Positions 46,658 to 58,440 of a stretch of DNA of 64,000 bases are shown here, piece after piece (the stretch's first letter is position 1; every line of letters begins with the position of its first letter). The translations under genes and the position numbers were made by a program. A model generated the notes under the pieces. That model was not told the origin of the DNA and ran no database searches. It was given only the letters and a program-made list of their open reading frames with translations. Source of the DNA: Tubiluchus corallicola (Eukaryota; Animalia; Priapulida); the NCBI GenBank assembly GCA_030141605.1, contig JAQGDQ010000019.1, positions 310,001-374,000 on the forward strand, given 5' to 3'.

Positions 46658-48691
46658 ATGGCAAGTCTGGTTTGCCTGGAAGATTTTGAAAACTATGCTT
46701 TCCACCATTTGGATAAGAATGCATTAGATTACTACCGGAGTGGAGCCAATTTCGAACAGACTTTGAAAGATAACAGAGATGCTTTTAAACGGTTTGTTTC
46801 TATTAGTTTCAGTCTTTATATACCGAACTAAATGTTTCCCCGATGCACTACTGTCAGACCTGCTAAGTATTTGATGTAAGATGAGTATAAAACCCAGAAA
46901 CCTTGATGTAAGATGAGTGTAAAACGCAGAAACCTTGCCTGATAATTAATACTATTACTAATACTATTAGTATATTATATTATATAATAGTAAAAAAAGT
47001 TCAGAAAGCCCGTGGTCATCTCACTCTTAGTACTTAGGAGGGGTCCAGAAGGGCAAATGTTCATTTTTGGGTGTTAAAATTAGCATATCAAGAAAATAAA
47101 CAAGCTAATTCAGTACTTGTTCGATCTTCTATTTTGTCAGCAAGAAGATGATATAAAGAGCACCTTGCACTAGACTTATATTTTAGTTATAAAGAATGGA
47201 AAAGAACTCCAATATGACAAACGTTTTTTGAAACCAGCTATCCATGTAAGCAGTATTGTGAAAGAGCAAGAGCAAATCATCACAGATCCTGAAGAAGTTG
47301 CATCAACTATAAATGATATGTTTGCCTCTTTCTTTAATTCTGAGCCTTTTGATATTCCACCTCCTGTCCCATCAACTGGTTGGAATGCCAGTAACCTCAA
47401 CAATGTCGAGTTTTGAGTGCGTGATGTATACCTAAAGCTTCTTGCTTGAAAATGTTTTAAAGCGCAGGACCTGACAATATCAACGGTTTCGTCTTGAAAT
47501 CTTGGTGTTGCAATTAGCCTTACCACTATTTTTGCTGCATCGTAAGTCCCTGGATTCATCTTGTATCCCTCTTAGTTGAATGGGCTCTCACACCACGCCC
47601 ATCCCAAAACAGTCCTCTGCCTGCCCATCTTGCGATAACCTAAGAGTCGTATCTTTAAAACCATTCTCTGGGATGAGGTATTGTGATTTTTATTTCCTCA
47701 GAGATCAACAGTAACTAATCTACTTTCTTGCTTGAACGGCTGGACAGAATGGTTCGGTGACCCATTGCTGCCAGTTATTGATGTTATGTATCTTGACTTA
47801 AACCCCTTGGCTGCGTGGCCACAAGAACTTTTCGTTGTCAAAACGCTATTACCAAGTGCGTGACAATGCAGTGTTCTCGGCAGGTGTTTATGTGTATTTC
47901 TAGTACATCCAATGTGCACAGCTGATTACATTTATTACAGGTAATGCAGGGCGCTTTTACACATTCAATACGCTGTTGTAAAACAGGTGATTATCAACGT
48001 GAAGACAATAAACAGGAGAGCTACCCTTATATTACCGCAAGGTGATTGACCAATCCTGTGCATCCTTGCGATAACCATGGATTCTTATCAAAAGTCGAAA
48101 TGCAACGTTTTTTCATGCGAGCTGCTGCGAATGCAAACGAAGTATTTGTTTTATTCATGTTATTTTGAGGTGAAATAAAAGAGCCATACTGCCTATAGTG
48201 TCTAATGTTTAACAGAAGAAAAGGTTTTATGTCCCGAAGAAGAAATTCGGAACTTACTAGCAAATACAGGAAACGGGAAATCTGAAAATGGTACTGATAC
48301 ATGTCTTCAGACTTCAGATCATAGCATCAGCTATGAAAATAGCCTTGCCAAGCGACAGTCTTGAAACCGGTAAGCTGATGTTGTATTCCCTCCTAAAAAA
48401 TTCCAAAAAACTGAACCGCTAAAAGAGCTTGTGCATTAACTCCCTAAAGTTTTTGAATTGACAAAAGTTACACTCCCACACTTTATTTTAGTGTTATTAC
48501 TTAGGCAAAAAATACTGCTGGGCAATAATCATTTATGAAAAATGTAAATAAGTAACCATAATAATGATTGTGGCATGAAAATATGAACTTATAATTATAC
48601 GTTTTAATTATAATAAAAACTAAATTTATTAGTCTATAAATATTCATTCACATTATTCAATTACACCATAATCATTATTGTTTCCTGTTTC

Positions 48692-48724
<33 letters not shown>

Positions 48725-51700
48725 CACTATGATAATATTAGACAATTAGGATTCTTATGATTTTTGCTTATCAAATTATTTGCTAGAAATAGTTTGATAC
48801 ATGTCATGATACAGCTTTTTGTGTTTGAATCAATGAATCATACTAAAATGTAATTTGTAGTGGAAGTAGATGTGTCCCATGCTTGTATTTGTTATCTCAC
48901 CTTATGATTGTGCCGTTTCTGTCAAATTTTATTAGTGTGCACTGCACAGTGAGGTAATTTATGCAAAGAAATTTTCAACTAAATAAATTTCAACTGGGAA
49001 CCTCTAAATTTATTAATAAATCTGCTACCGCTTCTGCTACTGTAGCTACCATTGCTACTGCTACTTTCACTATAGTTTACAGTACTTCCACTGCTACAGC
49101 TGCTGTTGTGCAGTACTATCACTACAGCTATTGCTATAACTGCCACTGCTACTGCTTTTGCTGGTACTGTTGCTACTGTTACTTGTACTACAATCTATAG
49201 TCTACCAATGCTGCTACTGCTGCTGCTGCTGATAATGATGATGATAGTGATAGTGATGATGGTTGTGATGATGTATTTATTGTTATTTTGTCGTAAGAAA
49301 GAGCGGGGTATTTTGATCTATGAATTTTTTGATGGCCAAAAAAGCTCTTCTTGATCCTAACACAATCTATGTAGTTGGATAGCACCTACCTCTGAGAGGG
49401 CTGGATGGCCCATGGAGTGAACGACTCTGAAGCAAGGTTGCAATCCCTTTGAGCTGTCTTGTTATTGTTTTTAAAAATCATCACTTTATGCAATTTTCTT
49501 TTTCTAAATTCTTCTAGTTTTATTACAGGAAATTCAGGTGAAAAAGTTGGCACTGCTCATGCAATGGTCTATGTTGTATCCATGTGGTCGCAATTCTCAG
49601 TATACATTTCATTTCTTATCTGTGCTGTTCCAGTTAGCATGTGCCATAAGTTAAAATTCCTAATTCATATTGCAACTATGAAAAAATTGTAACTATAACA
49701 TGTTTGCACATCATATTACAACAGCACAGGCATGTTTGTAAATACCATTATATTTTGTACTTTATGTATTTTATGAGCTGCTGTTTAAAATAATTTCTAA
49801 TAAATTTGTGTGTTTTATTCATTGATTCATCTAGTACCTGTATTTGTTAGACAGTTGTTCTATAAATTCATAACACAGCCTTGTAAATACATTGTAGCCC
49901 TAAGTGCTGTTTATTACTGGCGTCACTACTATATCAGGGCCTGTCTGAACAGAAAGGCCCAGAAACAAAGTCATACGTTATATTGGATTTATTGTTTTAA
50001 TATCGAATACAAAATTAGGGATTATATGTATATACTTTGCACATAAATTTATTTTTTATAATCACTATTATAAATATTGCAATAAAATGAATAATTATGC
50101 TAGATTATATTAAAAGCATGATTAAAGTTCTGTAGACTAAATAATAAAATTGAATACTTCATAATTGCATGTTCGCTTGCATAGGCTATTTACAGCATTC
50201 CTCTCCTAAGAAAAAGTTTATGAAGCAAATTACAACAGTATTTCTGTGGTGATATTTGTATTCATTACCTAATACTTATAAGGACTTTATGCGTGATAAA
50301 CTTTGCAGTCACACTTTTCCTATTACAATGATCATTTGCATGCATAAATGATGATTAATAATCATTAATAAATTACAATAATTACCAAAGAAACCAAGGT
50401 ATCTAAGAAACTGAATTGTAATAACAGTTATTTTATTCTGTAGATTGACCCCTACAGACTGAAAATTCTTTATGGGTACAGTAAGTTGTAAACAGTTATT
50501 TTTAGCGTGATCATTTGGCTGTTGTGCCATTGCTACATACTCCCTGTTTTGCATTGTTGTTGAGTTGTCATTGTCCCCGCATACACTTATTCCAAAGTCG
50601 CCACAGCCAAGGAGTTAAGCAAAGGTTTCATCTCAGTACACTTTAGAGCACCCTCAGTGGCCCCTATTGTTTCCTAAACAATATTATGAATTGCATATCA
50701 ACCAGAACGTCATTGATCTTGTCTATTGATTATTTAAAGCCATGCCGTCCGATATGGGACAACAGCGATAGTGTATGCTACTATTCGACCTCAACAACAT
50801 TGAAAATGGCATGAAGAATGGTTATTGTAGTTTAAAAAAAGCAGGAGCCATCTTTTGCGTTTAAGTCCTAAGAGTAAAATAAAAAACTATGTGTTAGAGT
50901 TGCTGAAGACCGTGACCTGTCTATGATGTCAACTCTGAAACAATGGAGAGAGACCATTGACCTCATCAATTGTTATAATATAATCAATGGGGCATCCATC
51001 CTCCAGAAAGATTGTTTTTTCATGCTTCCTGGACACCCCTCCAACCTATTTGTTCTTTTTCACAAACCAATGTTTGATCCCATTTTTTTGCCTCCCACGT
51101 CAGCGACCCTTGAAATATATTACCAACGGGAACCATTCAAGCACCATCTTGTCAATAGTTTTAAATTGTATTTGAGAAGGTACCATAACCGAGTTCAGCT
51201 CTAGGTCCTAGCTCCTAATGACTTTGAATGGTCAGAATGAGGTATTTGTTGGTACTACTTAGTTTTCTTATGCTGTTCTTGCAGTTTATGTGCAAATATT
51301 CTTTAGTACACATGAAGAATTCAGCAGTACCCATAAAGACCTTAATTTTCAATTGTAGTACCCTTTAGTATAATTTATTGTGAGACTCATGAATGCCATA
51401 GCATTATTGAGAGTAATACCATAATCTGTGTTGTGGTTTGGAACTGATGGCAAATTAAGCCAAGTGATTTTGTAAGCTTGTATGTGAAGTTGCGGAATGC
51501 ATGAGAACTCAATTTAGATATGTATGGATGTATGAAAGACAAAATGCGTGTGACACACACCTAATGCATGAGAGTTAGCAGGTCTGCCTTTTCCTGACAA
51601 AAGAATACATGTTAATTATTTCTAGAACCGCACCAAGCACTGCAGAGTTGGCAATATTAGAAAGTTTATTTATGTCTGTTCTCCTAAGCAGCAGTTAATT

Positions 51701-54700
51701 GAAAATTATTTCTTATATCATTTCACTTTTATAGTTGGCGTCTGCGGCCACGTGTACTGGTTGATGTTTCTGTACGCGATTTGTCTACTACCATATTAGG
51801 AATGCCAATGTCTTTTCCAGTTGGTATTTCACCTACAGCAATGCAAAGAATGGCACATCCTGATGGGGAAATAGCAGTAGCTAAAGGTAAAATTGGTAGT
51901 GTGACCGAATCATGTTTTTAAATAATAATAGTCGTGTATAACATTATGTATGTAAGTATATAAGTGCACATTATGTATATAAGTACGTACACTTACTTTA
52001 TGTGCGGTTTATTATTTGGCTTTTTGTATTTATTTAATATTCTACATCAATTTTACATTATTCAGCTTATTTCTGTATGTTTATTTATTTTAGCTGCTAA
52101 GTCTTTGGGTGTATGTAACATTTTGAGCACTTTGTCAACGACTAGCCTAGAAGATGTTGCTAAAGGCTGCCCTGACTGCTTAAGGTACTGATGCTTATTT
52201 CTGTATGTACTTACTTTGTGAAATTTTGTTTAAAATGATTAGCATTCAAAACAAAATGTTGCCTGAAGAAGATAAGTTCTTAAATCATGTTGCTGTCTAC
52301 ATTATTCCCTTTCACAAAATTGTACTAATATGCTTTGTTAGTTAATGTGCAGCAGTAACTTTGATATGTAATTTTTACCTTTGCAGGTGGTTTCAACTTT
52401 ATGTCTATAATGATCGAGAAGTAACAGCACAGCTTGTGCGCAGAGCAGAACAAAGTGGTTATAAAGCTATAGTGCTAACAGTAGACGCTCCAATATTAGG
52501 TCGGAGACTGGCAGACCACAGAAACAAATTTGTGTTGCCCAGACATTTGAGGTAAATAATGATAACAGAAATTCAGTTCAGAACCATCTGCATCGATATC
52601 GTGTTTGCTTAGTTGGTATGTGTATATGAATGTGTTCTACAACTTTGTTGTAAAGACTCTGTACACTTATTGTATGGAACCATTGTGCCAGCTACTTACT
52701 GACTTCATCTTGCAATTAATCCCTTTCTAGTGGCTTTTGAGGCTTGTTTCTGTATTTTAATTAAAAGCAGTTATGCGTACAACACACTGGTGGTATTTGC
52801 ATAATGTATTGGGTGAAGGATGTACAATGTGGGTTGTGTAAGCTAGCTTGTGAAACCAACAAACAACAGATGGTTTTAATTATATACTAACAAAACAATT
52901 ATTATTGAAATAATTTTACAAATCTACTTAACAACAAAATAGTTGAAATTAATTTCTGTGCATGGCGCTAAAGCGGTTAACATCACAAGTAAAAGTAAAA
53001 TAACACATTACAAGCAGTAACCCATGTAATTAACATAGTGCACAAATAGTAAATATATTAAAATCAAAAGCACAAAGTTCACACAATAAAACATTGTACA
53101 TGTACCAGTCCATGCATTGCACTAATATCTGCCCCCCTTATCCTTGTGGGCAGTCTATTTTTTATAAATACAGAAAGTTTCAGAACATTATAGAAATACC
53201 TTACAGTGTACAGTTTATCCCAGATACAGTGTTATACGGGTTCAGATATCTAGATGCTACGATATTATTCTACATCTTTTTACACTCCACTCTCAACAAT
53301 GTATGCGTGGGCGGATGACGCATCCAGCAATAAAGCAAGGCTTATAACAAAAGCTACTCATATATTTTGAATCAAATTATTACTGAACATTATTGGAAAA
53401 CACTCTGCAGATCCTGCAAAATGTATACAACAGTGTTACCTTTGTTGGTCTGTCTCTCTTTATTTTTTTATAAATATGCATAATTCACGTGTTGGGCATG
53501 CTGCCATAAAAATCATGCTAAGTATTTGGTCAGCAGAAAATTATTTTATCAGTGTTGCAAAAAAGGACATTTAGGTGGTACACACTCACTACTTGGCAAT
53601 GAACCTATTTTCTTTTAGGTAAGATTAAAAATTTAGCATTTCATGTATTTTTGTACTGCCTGTACTGTATGACTATTATATGCTTTCTTTGCAAAATTTA
53701 AATTAATTGCTTACTTTTGTATTTCAAGTTTAGAAAACTTTGGTGATTTGGATAAACGGAAGGCAACGCTTGTGCAGAAAGTGGGCTTGGCTGGTTATGC
53801 TTCTTCACTTTTTGACAGTTCTTTAAGCTGGAAAGATATACAGTGGTTAAGATCTATAACTCACTTGCCTATTGTTGCAAAAGGAATTCTTACAGGTATT
53901 TTGTTATTGTTATTTTACTGCTCCATTTTTAGGTCTCCTGACTTTAGTAAGTAAGGGGACCCATCGCCGTCATGCGGTGTCTGTCTGGCGTCGTCGACAA
54001 TTAACTTAATTTTCTATAATTAGCCAAAACCTTTTGTCTCAGGTCATTGACCTTTGGTGTGCAGCAACCTTGGCATAAGTTGCATGTAGTTATAGGGATG
54101 AGGCGGGTTTGACACTAACAAATGTTGGCCCACTTGGGGTCACCCAAAGGTCATAAACAGGGAACGTCTCAATCATGTCAAGTAATATATCAAAGTAAAG
54201 CTTGTCGTGAGGCGGGTTTGACACTCACAAATGTTGGCCCACCTGTTGTCACCTAAAAGGCATCTATACGGAATGTGTCAAACACTTATAATTCAAATAA
54301 AGTTTATGCCGAGGTGGTTTGACATGGTTCATTATAACATTGAGCGTCGTTGACAAATGACTTAATGTTCTTTATTTTACCAAAACCTTTTGTCCTTCAT
54401 TTTAGATTTTTGGTGTGTACTAGCCTTTGCATAAAATGCATGTCAGACTGAATGACTAAGGTCAAAAATGTTGGGCCATCTGGGGTTGCCCAAAGGGCAT
54501 CTAAAGGCAATGTCACAAACAATTGTGTTGTGTTCTAATTATAGCAAGTTAATGCTTATGGCGATGTGTGTTCACAAGGTTCATGAAAAGGTTAGTGGTC
54601 AGTGGAAGAGCATCGCAACAAAAATGCTAACGTCACAGAAATTTCGGCTTCGTTTTCATAAAATAATTAATCAGGTTTTTGAAACTACTTACGTATTCAC

Positions 54701-57610
54701 TTATATAATTGTTTACCAATTCACTTTTGCACTTACTTAGTCCAATAGTTACTTTTGGTCTCCCAGCAATAATGATAAGAACTCAAACGAGTGTACATTT
54801 CACTGTTATTTGCTGACCTCTGTGTATTTTTATAATGCAGTTTTATGACTTTTTTGTATTATTAGTGTATATATAATACAATAATTTCACTTCAGAACTT
54901 TTTGGAGTCTCGTTATATAAATTTTGAAACAAGTACAACACAAACCATTATAATGTGACAGTTCTTGACACTGCAAAAAAATTTTGCTCGATACAGAGTC
55001 ACCACCATTTTATATAATATTATTCAATTTTCTTTCAGGGGACCTACACAGTCATTGACAGTCTGGTTATTATTGATGCTTGTTATTTTGCTGTATATAT
55101 TTTAGCATTTTTCTGTTTCCAATTTCTTCTGTCTTCCTCTGATGGGAATATAAAAATATCATGTTTTGTACTGTTAATAGGTGTGCAGCAGTAGAACTAT
55201 ATAACTGTAATTTGTCAAACTGTTGCTAGATTTCATATTAATTGCAATTTCTTATCTAGCTGAAGCTGCAAGGGAAGCACTTGCATATGGTGTGGATGCC
55301 ATAATGGTGTCAAATCATGGCGCCAGGCAGTTAGATGGTGTATTAGCTGCGGTTTGCATTTTTGTTTATTATTTTATTTATGTGTGACTATATGAGATTA
55401 TGTGCAACTTGGCTATGCAAATTATAATTATTATTAATTTAGTGTTATTACAAAACCTAGGAGGATAGTATCTACTAGTCATGAAGCGAGCATATTTGTT
55501 CACATCTATAACTTTTTTCAATCTCAAAATTGAGTTTGCTTGAAAAAAATTTATGGAAGAAATTGTGGCTGTTCTTACTACAAATAATGGTTCACTAAAA
55601 TGGAGAGGCATAATCCTGTTTCACTAATCTTGTCAAAGTAACTTGCATCGTTCATTTCACTAGAGAGCCACTCTGACATGAGGCAATACACGTCATTTAT
55701 AAATGCTCATAATGCATTTAGTTGCATAAAAAATTCAGACGAAAAGGCTATAATGGCATTCCAGAGCAATTACGGAACAAAACCTGATGAAAAAGTTTCT
55801 TGAACTTTACAATTTTAATTATATAACTTTATAAGCCAATGACTAACAAACTTCATTTTTTCTTTTATCATAAGTTTTCAATTTTCATAAAAAATTACTT
55901 AATGGTTAATATTGTTTTGCGGACTAGGATTCTCGAGTAGAAAATTCGGTGCCATAAACCTTTTCATGTTGAATTGGTGTAACAGTAAATTTGTGATAGA
56001 AGGAAATGTTTTAATTGTATTTATGTAAGAGTAGTTGGCTAGCAAACTTGTAGTAACCACATGGCATACATATCATTATCATTAAAAAGGTCATGAATTA
56101 TTTTAGTTAGTAGACCGATCTAGCAAGATATACAAAGTCAGTACGTTTGCTGTTTTCATACTCTATGTTTCTAAGCATTGTTTTAGATCTTAAACTAGTC
56201 CTCAGCTTTTCAGGATTAGTACACTGTATTTTTAGGTAGATGCTCTTCCCGAGGTTGTGAAAGCGGTGGGTAATCGATGTGAAGTTTATTTGGATGGAGG
56301 AGTAATGACTGGAACAGATATTTTGAAGTGTCTTGGACTTGGAGCTCGAGCAGTGTTTATTGGCCGTCCTGTGCTGTGGGGACTTGTTCACAGTGTGGGT
56401 AATCTTTTCTGGTTGTCATATAAAAGATGAAACTTCAAACATGGCAAATTTTGTGTGATGCTGTGTAAAGTAAGAATGAATATTTTTGTTGACAAAACTC
56501 GTTATATAATTAGTATATTTTTAAAGATTGTCTAAGATCCTCAGATAACCCCAAATAAAGATTGTCATGGATCCCTAAACACCACCTGATAAAGTCAATG
56601 GCAAAGCCAGGGCTAGTGATTATACTAGAAAGGCAAAAGTTTGTAGTTATCTAGCTAGGAAACAATCTACTCTTCGATAATAGTAGTAATAAAAGTGCTT
56701 AATGTAGAAACTGACTGGATAAACAAGGCACTACAGAGTTGAGAAGCTTATAGTGTTATTTTCGTGCTTGTGCTTTTTTATACCACATTTGTTGGGTTTG
56801 CTTTTAGTGGTAAAAAGCTAGTTTTTGCGAATAAGTCAAATACAATACAAACGTGTTTGTATGAACTAAATATTTTGTAGGGTGCACGCCAGTTTTAAAA
56901 TTTCCAGCATTCCCAACTTTGATTAAACTCGGTATACCGAAGTGTGTTTTAGAATCCAGATCCAGTAAATACTGATCCGTAAATTGATCCTCTAAATTAT
57001 TTTTTTATATTTCCAGGGAGAAGCAGGTGTATGCAAGGTGCTGGAAATTTTGAGAGATGAGTTGGACGTGGCTATGGCTTTGTCAGGTAAACAGTATATA
57101 GACACATCTGTTGTATTTTTTCCTTCCATTCTTAGCTGTTTCTCTGAAATGCTTTGAGGAATTTTGGGTTAGCATTAGATATGCATATTTTTGTTGTATG
57201 TCTTTGTGAACATGAAATCATTGTGTGTCTTGCTATTTCTTGTTAAGCAGTGCTAAATGCTAAAACTTTCAAATTTTATCAAAATGAAAATATCCATTCT
57301 TTTAACTTTTACTTGCAAAGAGCTGATGGGATAGGATTCTAACAAACAAGTGTGATTTTTAAACATTTTAAACAAAATCATCAAAATCTTAGTTCCAGTA
57401 CTTTGGGCAGTATTATCACCACACACTAGAGAATCCAGTAAATGTCTGTAGCTGTAACAGTTTCCTAGTGTAAATCTGTAGTTATATCTTGATGATTTAA
57501 TTGCACTAGTGCAATGTAAATTCCACCATGTCTTTTTAGGTTGCCCAACAATAGCTGATGTCAAAGAAGGCTTGGTTGTCCACCAGAGTTATTATACATC
57601 AAAACTATAA
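46658..57610 (+). CDS. HAO1: Peroxisomal FMN-dependent (S)-2-hydroxyacid oxidase (glycolate oxidase family), about 366 aa, 9 coding exons
   Basis: Exons 46658-46791, 51735-51886, 52094-52184, 52387-52551, 53729-53895, 55260-55351, 56236-56394, 57017-57086, 57540-57610; total 1101 nt, in frame (alternative ATG at 46655). Motifs [48 protein letters not shown] and C-terminal PTS1 SKL. Orthology to HAO1 versus HAO2 is not resolved. Confidence 0.93.
46871..46936. repeat. 32-bp tandem duplication
   Basis: ttgatgtaagatgagt(a/g)taaaac(c/g)cagaaacc occurs twice with 2 differences. Confidence 0.9.
47180..47900 (+). mobile_element. Highly degraded LINE ORF2 fragment in HAO coding intron 1
   Basis: [22 protein letters not shown], then STVTNLL and IDVMYLD remnants, interrupted by stops and frameshifts. 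Confidence 0.65.
49020..49275. repeat. Degenerate (CTA/CTG)n and (ATG)n trinucleotide low-complexity tract
   Basis: Runs of gctact/gctgct/gatgat; an (ATT)n tract also lies at about 48693-48724. Confidence 0.85.
53926..54560. mobile_element. Helentron-associated (HINE/DINE-1-like) non-autonomous element with internal repeats
   Basis: T-run, then a short inverted repeat ggtctcctgact / agtaaggggacc (53932-53961), a gtct/gtc microsatellite seed, then repeated cores. gaggcgggtttgacact..aaatgttggcccac occurs at about 54100 and 54208, and a block duplicated with about 355-bp period starts at about 53989 and 54345. Confidence 0.55.
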
Positions 57611-58440
57611 AACTCAAAACTGTGTACACTATAGCAAGTAGCAGAAAATAGTAGCTTGGTATATAAAAATGCTAATTAGATTAACTACAATGTCTTTCTC
57701 AAAGTAATATGTAATTGCTTGTATATCACATGTAATAATTATACTTTCATTGTTTCTTCTTGTAATTTTTGGGTGAGGTCAATGCATCAGTATTCAGACC
57801 TATATACTCATGTATCAAATTAGGAATTAAAGTAAACTAGGTTTTAAATAAATCTTCGGAACGCTGCCCATTTAAGTGCCAGGTAATTTGTTAACAGTTT
57901 ATTATGTCTAGGTGTTTTTGTACATGATTCTACATAATGCTCTGTCCACTGATATTAACCATGTTTTGTATAAATCTAGAGTGCTCATTAATTATTATGT
58001 ACTGGTACTAGTCTGCATGACAATGTGAAATTATTTGCTCAAGAATTGTAAAATCTATTAATGTTAGTATGTTGAATTTTACTTGACCTGTTATAGGCTA
58101 AGCAGTCCTAATTTGAGAACCCTACGACACTTATAAATAGCTAACATTTTCCTAGTCGAAATAAAAACATTCTATTTTTGTAATAGATTTATTTGACGTA
58201 ATGTTTTTGGTTTTATTAAGGTTGATGAGCCGCCACTTTCTTTGCCATAACCAGTTTTTTTTAGTTTCGAGTTTATTCATTGTATTTTACACGTGAAACA
58301 TTGAGTACAGAAAGACATTAATCATTTAATTTCATTCAAGTAACGTAGGTCAAGTAGTTTCCTGTCTAGTATAAATTTTAACTAGCTAGTATATTCATAA
58401 ATCTGAATATTTGAATGCAAGCATTTGCACATAATGAAAT

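Noticed and set aside
46871-46936. 32-bp repeats as a CRISPR array
   Set aside because: Two adjacent copies with no spacer, no cas genes, and a eukaryotic intron context.
48961-49385. Ala/Thr-rich ORFs
   Set aside because: Translations of trinucleotide low-complexity sequence inside an HAO intron.
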